Source: Strigamia acuminata
Taxonomy: Eukaryota
Direction of reading: 5' to 3'
Assembly: GCA_949358305.1 (NCBI GenBank)
Contig: OX442314.1
Location: 19,344,001 to 19,408,000 of the forward strand
DNA: 64,000 nucleotides
This document shows, piece after piece, positions 47,701-60,073 of this stretch. A program made the translations under genes and the position numbers. The notes under the pieces were generated by a model. That model did not search any database. It was given only the letters and a program-made list of their open reading frames with translations, and was not told where the DNA came from. Each line of letters opens with the position of its first letter. Positions within the stretch are counted from its first letter, which is position 1.

Positions 47701-49578
47701 GCTCGAAGAATCACGACATCCTTTGAATTCATCACGTTGCAAAATCCGTTCTTGAATGACAACCAGTAGCCTTTTGCTTCCAGTTGCGCGACGGAGAGTA
47801 AATTCATCGTCACTTCCGGCACGTAAAGTACTTCTTTTAAAATCGTTGGTACTGTCTGCCCATCGTACACGAAATCTACGTTGATGTCCCCTTGAGCTTC
47901 TACTTTGACCTTCTTTCCGTTTGCGATATTTATTTCCGCCACTTTGGGATTTTGAAGTTCCAAAAATTTCCCTTTCTGCGCTGTCATGTGATGACTCGCT
48001 CCTGAATCGATCACCCAAACGTCCTTATCCGCTCGCGCCGCAAATGCCGACATAACATTGGCCTTCTTGTGGTCACTGGAATTCTTGGACTCAGTGCTTC
48101 TTTCCTTCTTGGGCTTGTGGCAGTCCCGCGCATAATGGCCAAATTTGTTACAATTGTAACATTTGATCTTTTTAAGATCACGTTGCTGTGGAATCTTGTT
48201 CGCAATTAGCACAGCCGAATCCCGTTTGGTATTGTCTGAAGTCTCTCTTCTTGAAGACTCCGCCAATATCATGTCTTTTATTTTGTTCGACGTGAAATCC
48301 GCTTTTGCAATCGTGTGTACTGACGTAATCAGTCCTTCGTATTCTTTGGTCAAACCACATAACATGGCCCAAGCCAAATCTGTGTCCCCGACCGTTTGGC
48401 CCGCATTCGTTAATCTCTCGGAGCATTCGGACACTCTCATGAGATACTTGTCCATATTTTCACCGGTCTGCTTCATTGTTGAATAAAGTTCTCGGCGGAG
48501 TTGGACGATGCGTAACGAGTTCGTCGGTTCGTAGACTTCTTTCAGTCGATCCCAAGCTTCTTTTGGACTTTGCAATCCCCGTATATGTGATTGCTGTTGT
48601 GTTTTGATTGTCAAACCAATTATTGAAAAAGCTTTATTGGTCAGCTCTGCCAATTTCGTCGCGTCAGCTTCTTTTTCAGTCCCATCAACTACAGCCCAAA
48701 GTTTCTTCTCAGTAAGTAGCAGTTTGACACTAAATGCCCATGACAAATAGTTGGACCCGTCCATTTTTTTCAATTCCGTAGGACGTAATGCCTGATGATG
48801 ACGTCGTATCTGTCATCTCGTTTCGGAAAATTTTCAAAATTGCAAATAGCACAGACTGTTGTCAGTTTCAAACAATTTTCCCCCAAAATAGCAACAACAA
48901 TTGAAACAAACTTAATGCTATCTTAAATCTACAACAAAGCTTCGTTGCGCAGATCCTAACAATACAAGTTTTAAACAATTGCATGCACAAATAGTTCGTT
49001 TTGCTTCAATAATGGCGTCGTTTTCTTCTTGTTTCGATTGCACGTGCAGTTCGAAAATGGCGTCGTTCGAATCCCGTTCGTTGCAAACTCGTTGAAAATT
49101 ATGCCTTTCGTCCCTTATGGCTCATGAAGCTAATTACTAGTCGAAAATAACTCACAGTTCCCGACCTCGTTTGCGTCCTCGTTCGATTTAGGCCCGTCTT
49201 GCCACACGTTCGATTCCGCTCGTTTTTCCGTTTTCTCGGAACGTCTGCCGCACGTTCGAATCGTCTGCCGTACGTTCGAATCGTCTCGTCGTGCCGTGGA
49301 AACGTTCGTCTACCTTTCCGATATTCGTTGGACACACCCGCGCTGCTTAACGTCCTGGACCCATAACCAATTTGTTATGCTGGGGCATCACGTTGAAATA
49401 AAGGAGAGGTTTTTAAAGTGGAAAACAAAACACACGTCTTTACTCGTGGGTAAAATACAAGCAAGTGAGGAGTAATACAACATTGTCATGGTAACGCTTT
49501 TACAACAATGTAACAGTATGATATAGCAGTAACACGTTCTTAACAATGAACTCAACATCACATTAACATAACTTAACA
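44709..49578 (-). mobile_element. Ty1/copia LTR retrotransposon D
   Basis: 206-bp LTRs at 44709-44914 and 49373-49578; TSD AACAT at 44704-44708 and 49579-49583; PBS TGGTTATGGGTCCAG at 49355-49369; PPT AGGGGAAG. Confidence 0.97.
44934..48816 (-). CDS. Copia D gag-pol polyprotein (apparent +1 frameshift in an A7 run just after the start)
   Basis: CYNCNKFGHYARDC, WVIDSGAS, WHQRYMH, HSDIAGP, RTDNGLEY, YVDDM, AFADADWA, RSKHIDVRYH. The ATG at 48816 joins the main frame if one A is removed at 48764-48770. Confidence 0.93.
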
Positions 49579-49630
49579 AACATAATAAAAATAACATTAA
49601 CAACAAGAACGGAAATTAACTTTTCTGAAA

Positions 49631-50661
49631 TTACTTCATAAAATTTATAATATCTTCCGATACAAGTTCGGGATTATTTAAGTGAAGGTGATGAGTTCCT
49701 TCAACTTGAACGTACTTAAAAGATTTACAATACTTCTCGTACAGTAATATCACCTCTTTGTAGAGTTCTTCCGACTCGTAGACGCCTCCTGGTTTGCCTT
49801 TAATAATGAGAAAATTACACTTCATGGACTTAATTAATTCTTTGTACTGTTCCGTTGACACCACAGTCAAAGATGAAACTGGCATAACAATTTTCCTGTC
49901 TCTATTAAACCGAACTCTTCCATCGGGTAAAATCTGCACACCTCTTTTGAACAATACTTTGATGGATTCATCAGAAACGGACTTGTCCGAGCCCAAATAC
50001 CACTTTTCCATCGCTTCTTCCATGGAGTAAATAGGAGCTGACTTATTTTCCTGAACGGCCTGTTCATGTTTCAATCTCTCGATGCAACAAAGTCGGAGAG
50101 ATTCCCACACTTTTGGACTGTCATAGTTTTCCGTAAGTCCTTTGATCAAATCCAAACTAACGAGATAATTGATCCGATCAGGAAATAAGCACGCATATAA
50201 AATGCCCAGTGCGGAACCTAAGCTGTGTCCAATGTAATTGAAATGCTTCCAATTGAGAAACTTCAAAGTACGTAGAACTGCTGCAAGATATTCACCAATG
50301 AAATACACATGACCGTCTTGATACTGCGATGAAAGCCCGTGGCCTGGTAAATCGATGCAAACTAAATCCCAATGGTTGGGTAAAAGTGATGCTAAAGGGT
50401 CAAATGAACAAGAATTGTCTTGCCAACCATGAACTGCTAACACGGGCTTGCCATCCACTTTACCCCATCGCTTAGCTACAAATGACAAAATTAAACATCG
50501 TGATAAATAAATAAAGAAATAATATAAATAAAACCTGCTATGTGACCCCATGGTACAGGAATTTCAAAATCTCTGCTCAATGAACTGCCAATTCTAGGAA
50601 TATTGGCAATACTTTGCGAATGAGTTGCACGTATAAACGCTACACCGAATTTAAATACCAT
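49631..50661 (-). CDS. SERHL/kraken-like serine hydrolase, copy S2 (2 exons)
   Basis: FEIPVPWGHIA, intron, then KRWG...AVHGWQDNSCSF, IDLPGHGLSS, YIGHSLG (nucleophile elbow), VEGTHHLHLNNP. Confidence 0.9.
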
Positions 50662-50887
50662 TTTTAAAAAAATAAATCATACTTAGTGAAACATTTACAA
50701 GTTCAAAATAACTGTTCTCATATTTTTACTTCCCCAATAATACACAAACTTAATCGTTGTTTTAAACAATGCATTTGGCTACAACTATTCGTTATTACAT
50801 ACAGAATTTATCTCGCATCGTAATTTACACAATGTGTACTGTACAAGTGTTCATTATTACAAATAATTCAAAAAAAATTATTTATAA

Positions 50888-52173
50888 CTATTTTATAAAT
50901 TTAATTATGTGGTCTACAACTCTTTCGGGATTATTTAAATGAACGTGATGAGTTCCCTCAACCTCTACATAATCTAATGATTTACAGTGTTTTGCAAATA
51001 GAATTTTAAACTCTTCGGATTTTTCAAATTCTTTGGATTTTTCAAACCCAATCCCTGATTTTGCTTTGATAATTAACAACTTGCAATCTATAAACGTAAA
51101 CAAATTTTGAAGTTGCTCCGTACTGAGAAGTGCGATCGCTACAAGGGGCAAAACAAGTCTTCTATCGCGTACAAATCGAACTGTCCCATCTGGAAGAAAC
51201 TCGGCGCCTCTTTTCATCAGGATTTTGACTGAATTTTCGGTTAAAGATCCGTTCAATTTCCCCATAACCTTCTTAACTGCTTCATCCAATGGCAGAACAG
51301 GTGCCGACCTCTCATATTCTTTTTGAAACCTCATTTTCTCTTGAAAGAATTTCCTAAGTTCCTTTTGCAGACGAGGATTAGACCCACTTACTGATGGAAT
51401 TTTGATTAAGTCCAAGCTTATCAAGTGATCTATATTTTCCGAAAATAGGGAAGAATACAATAGACCTATTCCGGATCCCATACTGTGTCCAATGTAATTG
51501 AACTTTTGCCATTCAAGATAAGCCGTGATTTCTTGAATTGCCGAAACATATTCCCACACGTAATACGCAAATCCTTTTGGAAAATGAGATGATTGACCAT
51601 GGCCCGGAAGGTCAACACACACCAAATTCCAGTCCTTGGGTAAAAGAGGTGCCAAAGTGTCAAATGATCCTGCGTTGTCCTGCCAACCATGCACTGCTAG
51701 AACTGGTTTACCACTGCTACTGCCCCATTGTTTTGCTAAATTAAAAACAATTATAATTATTACTTATTCTGCTTACCAAAAAATTGGAAAATAATGCGGA
51801 AGAAATAAACAGGTTCGAGATTTAGGTCATCTTAATATAACTCATTGCATCATACAATTTCATTATGTAATTACATCATGATTTTAAAATATAAATATTT
51901 TACGGGTCTCTCATACTATTTACCTGCAATATGTCCCCACGGAACCGGAATTTTTAACTCTGTCGGTGACGGCGACGAATTTTCTGTGGCTTTTACTTCT
52001 GTCGATGCTGTAGTAAACAACTTCGCACTGCCGCCTGTATAATATCGTGTAAAATTAAATTTAAATCGTTCTATAAAACATGGATACTTACGATTAATTT
52101 TTCCGAAGATTTCTGTCGGTTTATTCAGAATGTTTGTAGTTTGACAGCGCAATAAGCAATACCACCGAAACAT
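50888..52173 (-). CDS. SERHL/kraken-like serine hydrolase, copy S3 (2 exons; basic N-terminus, possible mitochondrial presequence)
   Basis: Exon 1 MFRWYCLLR...LKIPVPWGHIA; exon 2 HGWQDNAGSF, GHSMG, VEGTHHVHLNNP. Confidence 0.9.
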
Positions 52174-52962
52174 TTGAAAACGTGCACTTGGATCTCACAA
52201 AAATGTAACGAGTGCCGGTAAAAAGTAATTACTATTTCTTCCACTAGGGTACAATAACATTTCCTCATGTCATCAAGGCGTTCCGTGTACTATTACTTTT
52301 GCGATATGACGTCATTTTTAATTCAGTGTTAAAAATTGTAAAACTTAATATTTATTTGCACAATATTCTTTTATTTTTTTTTCAGCCTGTCGTTTTATTA
52401 AAATAAATTATAAAAATAACAAAAACAGACACTAATACACCACACAGTTTACTATTCTAAGTCTATCGACCTGGTAGCATAAAAACCCATTGAGATTTAA
52501 TGACATCAATCTTAGCCCAGTCTGTTGACTGAAAAATGTCTTCAACTATATTCTCGCTTTGACCACAGTGTTGAGACTCATGTCATTAAATCTCAGTGGT
52601 TTTTTATGCCTCTTTGTGGACAAACTTACGAAGAATTTTTTTTTCAGTCTACTGGTGTCAGTAGTTAAGTTTTTCCGCCGTCCTGTGCATTTGACCACCT
52701 TCACCTTTTCGCACAACCCTAAACTCAAAACTAATGTTATCGTGACACAAACTCATCCTGCGCGATATATCGGTGTACGGAGCCACGATTACCCAAGAAA
52801 TTGAAATGCCAAGATAACTAGCCTTAGGTAATCATATTGTGTTCGTGGTATAATAAACCAAACATATGGTGTTTAATCAGCGTTGCGATGGTGGAGGAAA
52901 GGATGTCAATGTGCTTTGTATTTGACACGCCAATAGAAGTTCGTGTATCAAAACCACAAAAA

Positions 52963-55900
52963 TGTTATGAATATGGAAATAACGGTTGAAGTTTAATACA
53001 AGGTTAGAGCAACCTCACTGTTCTACATCAAGTGAAAGAGTGGGGAAAAAACACAGGAAGGATGTTCACTCCATATATGGTAGGAGTGTCACCACAGGAT
53101 ATAAAAAAACTCAAACTACATCAATTACACAATGACATCAAGTGGTGATTTTCCACATCAAATAATCCCAACAAATTCCCCCAAAATCAACAATTCGATT
53201 TCATCACAAAAACACTTCTCAAAAACACAATTATATAAAAACAATCAATATGAACACTGCACACAATAAAGTCATTATTCCCCCACAGTCTTTAGTCCTA
53301 ATGCTTCTAGTATTCCGTTCAGTGCAGGTCCGGCTAAAGGCTTCGTTAAAAAGTCTGCTAACATGTCTTGGCTTGCGACATGTTCCACGATAATGTTTCC
53401 ATCCTCGATCTCTTGCTTAATGAAATGCACTTTTCGATTCAAGTGCTTGGTCCTCGTCTTCTGTGCACCGCCTCGCAACAGTTTCACTGCGTTCAAACTG
53501 TCACAGTGCATCGTTGTGGCATTTCCGTCGTCGACTTCTCCATTTAGTCCAATTGCGAGTTGTTTCAACCAAATTAATTCTCGCACTCCTTCGGTCAGCG
53601 CCAAGAGCTCACTCTCTGTACTCGACATCGCGACTATCGCTTGTTTCTGGCATTTCCAGTTAATAATCGAACTCCCGTCAAGTGTGATGAATCCGGAGAA
53701 CGATCGTGCGTTCGATGTCCGGTCCCAACTTGCGTCCGAGTAACCATGGATATGGCTCTCTTCTCTCCCGTAGCTCAGCTTGTAGTCCACCGTCCCCTTC
53801 AGGTATCTCAGCACACGCTTCAATGCTGTAAAATGAATCTTTCGTGGGTCCTTGTTATATTGCGATAACAGGCTCATTGGGAAGCTCAGGTCTGGTCTCG
53901 TGTGTGTGGCAAGGTACATCATCTTGCCCAGCAGTTCCTGGTACTGTGTTGCATCAACCTTTTCGCTTTCCTCAAATTCATCCAAGTTTTGATTGGGGTT
54001 CACTGGGGTTATTGCTGCATTGCATCCCTCCAATCCTTCACTCTCCACCAATCTTCTAATGTATCCGCCTTGGTGGATGCTGATTCTTCCATTTCCATAC
54101 TCAACTTGGATTCCCAGGATGTATTCCAGTCTTCCTATGCTCACGAACTCAATTTCTGCCTTCATTTTCGACATTAGTTCCGTCTCAAATTCGTCTGTGG
54201 ATGCCAAAGATAAGTCATCGTCCACGTACACGCCTAGGAACATAAAGTTGCCATCAACAAAAATCACATAAAGGCATGGGTCCTCTGGAGATGGTCTAAA
54301 TCCAATTTTCTTCAATGTTTTATCTAACATCTCAAACCAACATCTCCCTGCCTGTTTCAATCCATAGATGCTCTTAATTAGTTGGCACACATGTCCTTTT
54401 CCTCCTTCAACGTATCCTTCCGGCTGCATCATAAATATTACTTCTTTTAGCTTGCCGTGAAGATATGCGGCTTTTACGTCATGTTGCTTCAATGGTCTGT
54501 TTATTTTTGCTGCTACATTGATCAGCATTCTCAAAGTCTCTATTCGGATAACCGGGGCGAAGGTCAGCTCGTAATCGTCCCCGAATTTCTGCGAGTATCC
54601 AGTGGCTACTAGTCTTGCTCGGAATCTTTCCGGTTCCCCCTCGGAATTTAACTTCACTTTATAAACCCACTTGGATTTCACCGCCTTCTTTCCTTTTGGC
54701 AATTTTCCTATTTTCCACACTCCGTGTTGTTTCATCGAACTCATTTCGTCATCCATCGCGGCCTTCCATTCCGTCGCGTGATGGGAGTTTGTTGCTTCGT
54801 GGAAGTTTTTCGGCGTTAAGATTTCTTCTACTAGTAATGCCATTTGCTTCGTCTTAATTCTCTCTGATCTTCGCGCTCCCTGGTCAACCAGTCTCTTCTC
54901 GTGTTCTTCTCTTTGCACTTTATCGGCGACCAACTTCATTTCCCTGGTCACCCCTGCTGGTCGTCCCCTCCGTGGTGGTTCGTCACGTTCGACCTCAGTG
55001 TCGTTTTCTTCCGTGTTATCTTCCGATTCATTGGCTTCATTTTCTTCTTCATTTATCTCGTTTTGCTCTTCATCCTCAGCATCGTCTGATTCGTCTTCGT
55101 TTTCTTCGCAGTTCAGATCGATTTTGACTGTCTCAATCTCTTCATCGTCTTTGATTTCTCCATTCAGCAAATCTGCGCCAATTTCGCTCTCGTCAAATTT
55201 TACGTCGATTTCTTCACTAATTGAATCGCTTTCCGGATGATAAATTCGGTACGCCTTCCTTGTATTCGAGTATCCAATGAATACTGCTTTCTCTGCTTTG
55301 GGATCCAATTTCTTTCGTTTGTGATCCTTAATTAGCACATATGCTATACATCCAAATCTTCTCAAGTATTTCAAGTTTGGTTTTCTCCCAAACCATATCT
55401 CAAATGGTGTGCGTCCATGAACTGAGGATTTGCACCGGTTGCGGATGTGCGCCACCGTCGATACGCACTCCGCCCAAAACGTCTTTGGCAGTTTGCAATC
55501 TTTTAACATTGCTCTCAACATCTCAAGTATTGTCCGGTTTGCGCGTTCCGCGACACCATTGCTAGCCGGATTAAATGCTGTGGTCAGCTGATGCTCAATG
55601 CCCCTCTTTGTCGTCCATTCCTTCATGCTTTTGGACAAGAACTCGCCGCCATTGTCGCTCCTTAATTTCTTCAGCTTTTTATCAGTTTGTCTCTCCATGC
55701 ACGTGATTAGTTCTGTCAACTTCTCTTTTGCGTCGCTTTTTGCATTTAATGTTTTTACCATCAACATCCTACTCCAATCGTCCACTACCGTCATTACATA
55801 GTTTGCACCTCCTCGAGATTCGGGTCCAATTGGTCCAATTAAATCAATGTGCCATAATTCCATGATGCTGGACGATTGTCGGTCTGTTACCGATTTGTGC

Positions 55901-57936
55901 GACGTCTTTTTCATTTTTCCTGCGATGCATGGTTCACACACGGCGCCACCTTTGCTGCTAATTTCTATGCCGTATGCTAGTTCTTCATTTTTCATTTCTC
56001 TCAGGGTGTTGTAATTCAGGTGTCCCAATCTCACGTGCCAATTGTTGTCGTTTTCCTCCGCTTTGTACGACTTCTCGCATTGTTTAATGTTCGCGTGCAA
56101 CACAAACATGTCTCCTTTTCTTGGTACCGTCATAACTTCTTCTCCATTCTCATCGTCAATTGTTGCGCTCGTTTTGGAGAATGTGACTTTTAGTCCATTA
56201 TCGACAATTTTCGATACTGATAGCAAATTGCTTCCAATTTGCGGCACGCACAACACCTTCTTCAATCTGGAATTTTTCCCGTCGTGTTCGAGCACAATCT
56301 CGCCCATTCCAATCGATTTCATGCTTTTTCCTTTCTTCGCCATTCCGATGTTCTTCTCATCTTCATCAAATGTGTCGAAATGTTTTGCATCCAGCGCCGT
56401 CATGTGGCTTGTCGCTCCGGAATCCAACACCCAATCGTTTTCTTCATTTGGTTCTTCATTCGTCTCTTCATCATTGGTGTTTTCATCCATCTCATACGTC
56501 ATGAGCGTGAATTCAGGCTTTTCCTCGTACGCCATCATTGCTATTTCGCTTTTTCCTCTGCCGCGACCTCGCTGATTGCCTCTGCCTCGACCACGTCCTC
56601 TTGAGTCGCCACTTTTAAATTCTCGTTTCGGTTTCGAACAATCTTTCGATAAGTGACCAAACTCCTGGCAGTTGTAACATTTTGCTTCACTGTAGCATTC
56701 TCTTGCCATATGTCCTCCACGGCCACAGTTGAAGCATGTGCGCTTTGGCTTTTGTCCCTTCTCTCGTGTTTTTAGTGCAGCCTCGTTTGTTGTCGTATTT
56801 TTCTCTTCTTTTCTAGTTGAAATTCGACCTTCCTCCATTTTTAGTATGTTGCGGATTTTTGACATGTCTAAATCCGCCTGCACTTCAATCGCGCGCACAT
56901 TCGCGTCAAACTCTCGTCTCAGTCCTTTCGTCACGTAAAACTTGCACTCGTAGTCGTCTATATTTTTGCCAAGTTTCGCACAGCGGTTAATTATGGCTTC
57001 GGCCCTGTTCATGTACGTGTCAACATCTTCTTTACTGCTCATTTTCAGCTGTGTCAGCTCGCAGGCACTCCTCATTTGTAATTCTTGGGTTTTTGCCGCC
57101 ATATTTGTTTTCACCAAATCCCAAAGTGCCTTTGCACCTTTTGTGTTTGAGTATTTCAAAACTTGTGGTGCCGTCATGGTGCTGATCATCGTGAAGTGGG
57201 CCGCCGCGTTTTTATCGTCCCAATCGTTCCAAGTTTTCTCTTGTGCGGCAAAATCCGCTTCTCCTTGGACTCCTCGTTGCGGTTCGGCTCCAACTATTAC
57301 TTCTTTCCACAATTTCTTGGCCCTGAGGACTCCCTCCACTCTCGATTCCCATAGGAAATAATTCGCATCATTTAATGGCTCAATGTTAGCCAAACTCCAA
57401 TTACCGGTGTCGCTCATCTTTGTTGGTTTCGTCTCAATTTGCACGTATTGTTCAACTTTTTCCTCGTCTCAGTTCTGTGGCACAATCTCAATATTGTTTA
57501 ATTCACCTCGAATCGAATTGTTGCTCACAGTCTTTGTTAAAGTTGTTTCTCGTCGTCTCGTATCGTGCTCTTCAAGATGGCGCGTCGTTACTCTCGGTTT
57601 TCGCCTCGTGGTTGCTCTCAACCGTCGCCTCAAATCCACTCAAAACTTCTTGTTTTTCGGTCTCAATACCGTTTTTCTTCTATTCAGTGTGGCTGATGAT
57701 TGTTCAACCATCCTCTGCTACCATTTGTTATGAATATGGAAATAACGGTTGAAGTTTAATACAAGGTTAGAGCAACCTCACTGTTCTACATCAAGTGAAA
57801 GAGTGGGGAAAAAACACAGGAAGGATGTTCACTCCATATATGGTAGGAGTGTCACCACAGGATATAAAAAAACTCAAACTACATCAATTACACAATGACA
57901 TCAAGTGGTGATTTTCCACATCAAATAATCCCAACA
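52963..57936 (-). mobile_element. Ty1/copia LTR retrotransposon E (intact)
   Basis: 211-bp LTRs at 52963-53173 and 57726-57936; TSD AAAAA at 52958-52962 and 57937-57941; 18-nt PBS TGGTAGCAGAGGATGGTT at 57706-57723 (tRNA-iMet 3' end); PPT GGGGGAA. Confidence 0.97.
53275..57417 (-). CDS. Copia E gag-pol polyprotein
   Basis: ATG at 57417; two CCHC knuckles plus [58 protein letters not shown]. Confidence 0.95.
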   Translation of the reverse strand: MSDTGNWSLANIEPLNDANYFLWESRVEGVLRAKKLWKEVIVGAEPQRGVQGEADFAAQEKTWNDWDDKNAAAHFTMISTMTAPQVLKYSNTKGAKALWDLVKTNMAAKTQELQMRSACELTQLKMSSKEDVDTYMNRAEAIINRCAKLGKNIDDYECKFYVTKGLRREFDANVRAIEVQADLDMSKIRNILKMEEGRISTRKEEKNTTTNEAALKTREKGQKPKRTCFNCGRGGHMARECYSEAKCYNCQEFGHLSKDCSKPKREFKSGDSRGRGRGRGNQRGRGRGKSEIAMMAYEEKPEFTLMTYEMDENTNDEETNEEPNEENDWVLDSGATSHMTALDAKHFDTFDEDEKNIGMAKKGKSMKSIGMGEIVLEHDGKNSRLKKVLCVPQIGSNLLSVSKIVDNGLKVTFSKTSATIDDENGEEVMTVPRKGDMFVLHANIKQCEKSYKAEENDNNWHVRLGHLNYNTLREMKNEELAYGIEISSKGGAVCEPCIAGKMKKTSHKSVTDRQSSSIMELWHIDLIGPIGPESRGGANYVMTVVDDWSRMLMVKTLNAKSDAKEKLTELITCMERQTDKKLKKLRSDNGGEFLSKSMKEWTTKRGIEHQLTTAFNPASNGVAERANRTILEMLRAMLKDCKLPKTFWAECVSTVAHIRNRCKSSVHGRTPFEIWFGRKPNLKYLRRFGCIAYVLIKDHKRKKLDPKAEKAVFIGYSNTRKAYRIYHPESDSISEEIDVKFDESEIGADLLNGEIKDDEEIETVKIDLNCEENEDESDDAEDEEQNEINEEENEANESEDNTEENDTEVERDEPPRRGRPAGVTREMKLVADKVQREEHEKRLVDQGARRSERIKTKQMALLVEEILTPKNFHEATNSHHATEWKAAMDDEMSSMKQHGVWKIGKLPKGKKAVKSKWVYKVKLNSEGEPERFRARLVATGYSQKFGDDYELTFAPVIRIETLRMLINVAAKINRPLKQHDVKAAYLHGKLKEVIFMMQPEGYVEGGKGHVCQLIKSIYGLKQAGRCWFEMLDKTLKKIGFRPSPEDPCLYVIFVDGNFMFLGVYVDDDLSLASTDEFETELMSKMKAEIEFVSIGRLEYILGIQVEYGNGRISIHQGGYIRRLVESEGLEGCNAAITPVNPNQNLDEFEESEKVDATQYQELLGKMMYLATHTRPDLSFPMSLLSQYNKDPRKIHFTALKRVLRYLKGTVDYKLSYGREESHIHGYSDASWDRTSNARSFSGFITLDGSSIINWKCQKQAIVAMSSTESELLALTEGVRELIWLKQLAIGLNGEVDDGNATTMHCDSLNAVKLLRGGAQKTRTKHLNRKVHFIKQEIEDGNIIVEHVASQDMLADFLTKPLAGPALNGILEALGLKTVGE

Positions 57937-59009
57937 AAAAATTCCTTGCAGTTGTTCGTGATTGGTCTCTTGAATCGCGATTTTTCTCAATAAACCACAT
58001 TTTAAATTTCCGTTGTTTGAAATCCATCACAGATTTAAACGTTATTTCCAATCTGAATGTTCTACAAACAAAAAAAATTGTAAACCTATTTTACTTATAA
58101 ATATTTTTGCTTTATTTTTCCTTAACATCTTGAATTATTTTCATTTGTTTCATTATGCTTCACCTCCATGTCCTCCCTCCACCCTCCATCATTCCTAATC
58201 TCTGCTTATGTTTTAACAATATAAGAAATCACTGATCATGTTTATCTTTTCTTTTCTATTTGGTGGATTTGATGGATGAGGCTGCTATTACGATTACCAT
58301 CTCCGAAACAAAAGCTCACTTCAGTCTATCACTGAAAGCATCCATTTATCTTTCAGATGACATATAATCAATCCCCAAGTAATGTTTGAAGAAAAATGAC
58401 AAGACAATGATGAAGTTACGAAGACGACTTACAAAAACAAAGGTTTTTAAAAAAAAAAATTTCCGAAATTAGAATAATTAATACGGTACTCAATTAATAA
58501 ATTCAGGAATTGGGGAAGGGAATGGCGAGACTGGACAGATCGTTTGCCTCCCTTGTCTTTGAGTGGGCTTAATCTGGGGTGTGAGACACATTACACACCT
58601 TACATGACTGTTTTACATTGAAATTCAAAGGGCTCGTGATTTAATTTGACATACCGATTACCACAGAAATAAATAGGGATGCTTATGACATCTGGCGCTC
58701 CTGGTCTTACCGTTACGAGTGTTGAGCGAGCACCCAATCAAAAGCTTACATTTTCTGCAAAAATCTAGTAAAATCAAATTCTTTTTTGTTAACAAAATAT
58801 ATATTTTAGGAATGCAAATCAGAATTAAGCCCTTGAAAATAAAACACGTGATAATGTAGGTTTATCTTACTTGTTAGTTTTCATTGAATATTAATTTCAC
58901 AGCTGTGTGAACATGTGCACAATGAGAACCCACTTAGAATGTAACTTCTGGAACTTTTATGGTTTCAAATAAATAGAAACAAGGCTTTATTTAAAATTAT
59001 TTTGTATAT

Positions 59010-60073
59010 ATAATCACGTGGCTGCAACTCTTTTCGGGATTATTTAAATGAACACGATGAGCTCCTTTAACTAGTACTCATCGTATTTTATTTTTTCAAG
59101 TACTCGTATTTAGCATAGGGCTTTTTAAACTCTTATGTTAGTGCACTTGTGGTTTTTCATACATATTTACTGGTTTCGCTGTAATAATCAAGAAATTGCA
59201 TTTCATGAATGCCAATAAAAAGAAGGAATTCAGCGCCTCATCGGAATTTTGACTGAATCTTCAGTTAAAGATCCTTTCCTTTTCTCCATAACTTTCTTAA
59301 CTGCTTCATCCTCCGGCAGAACATACTTTTTACGAAACCTCATTTTTTCTTGAAAGAATTTCCCAAGTTCCCTTTGCAGACGAGAATTAGGTTCATTTAG
59401 TGATGGAATTTTCACGCCATGGTCTTTATTCTCCGAAAATAGGGAAGAATAAACCCATTCCAACACTGTCTCCAAAAAATTAAACTTTTACCATTTAAGA
59501 AAAGCAGTAATTTCTTGAATTGCTGTAACATATCACCACACACAATAAGCAAATCCTCTTGGAAAATGAGATGATTGACCATGGTCCGGTAGGTCAACAC
59601 ATCCAAAATTCCAATCTTTTGGGTAAACGAGGTGCCGAAGTGTCAAATGTTCTTGCGTTGTCTTGCCAACCTTGTTACTGCTATTCTGTGGAACGACCAT
59701 AGTTTACCACTGCTATTGACTCATTGTTTTGCTAAATTAAAAAAAGAAATCGATAATTATTCTTTTGAGCAACCACCATGATTTATAAATATAAGTAAAT
59801 ATTATTCTAACTTAAGCCTCTTATATCAATTACCTGCAATATGCCTTCACAGAACCGGAATTTTAAACTCTGCAGATGATGAATTTTCTTTAGTTTCTGC
59901 TCCAGGCATGATGCATACATATGCAAATTACGACTGCCATCTAAATGAAATTTATAATAATTAAATTGACTCGTTTAAAAACATTTTATACCTCCGATTA
60001 TTTTTTCCAAGAAAATCTATTGGTTTACTACAATGTTTATAGTTTAGCAATAACAGCAATAACAGCGGAACAT
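59010..60073 (-). pseudogene. SERHL/kraken-like pseudogene S4 (degraded copy most similar to S3)
   Basis: Clear nucleotide similarity to S3 (RLQRELGKFFQEKMRF, GSLTEDSVKI, intron in the same position), with frameshifts, deletions and no nucleophile motif. Confidence 0.85.

Noticed and set aside
12388..57752. Numerous 60-180 aa ORFs antisense or out of frame within the copia ORFs
   Set aside because: They are shadow ORFs of long coding sequences with no recognisable motifs; there is no evidence of an env-like or accessory gene.
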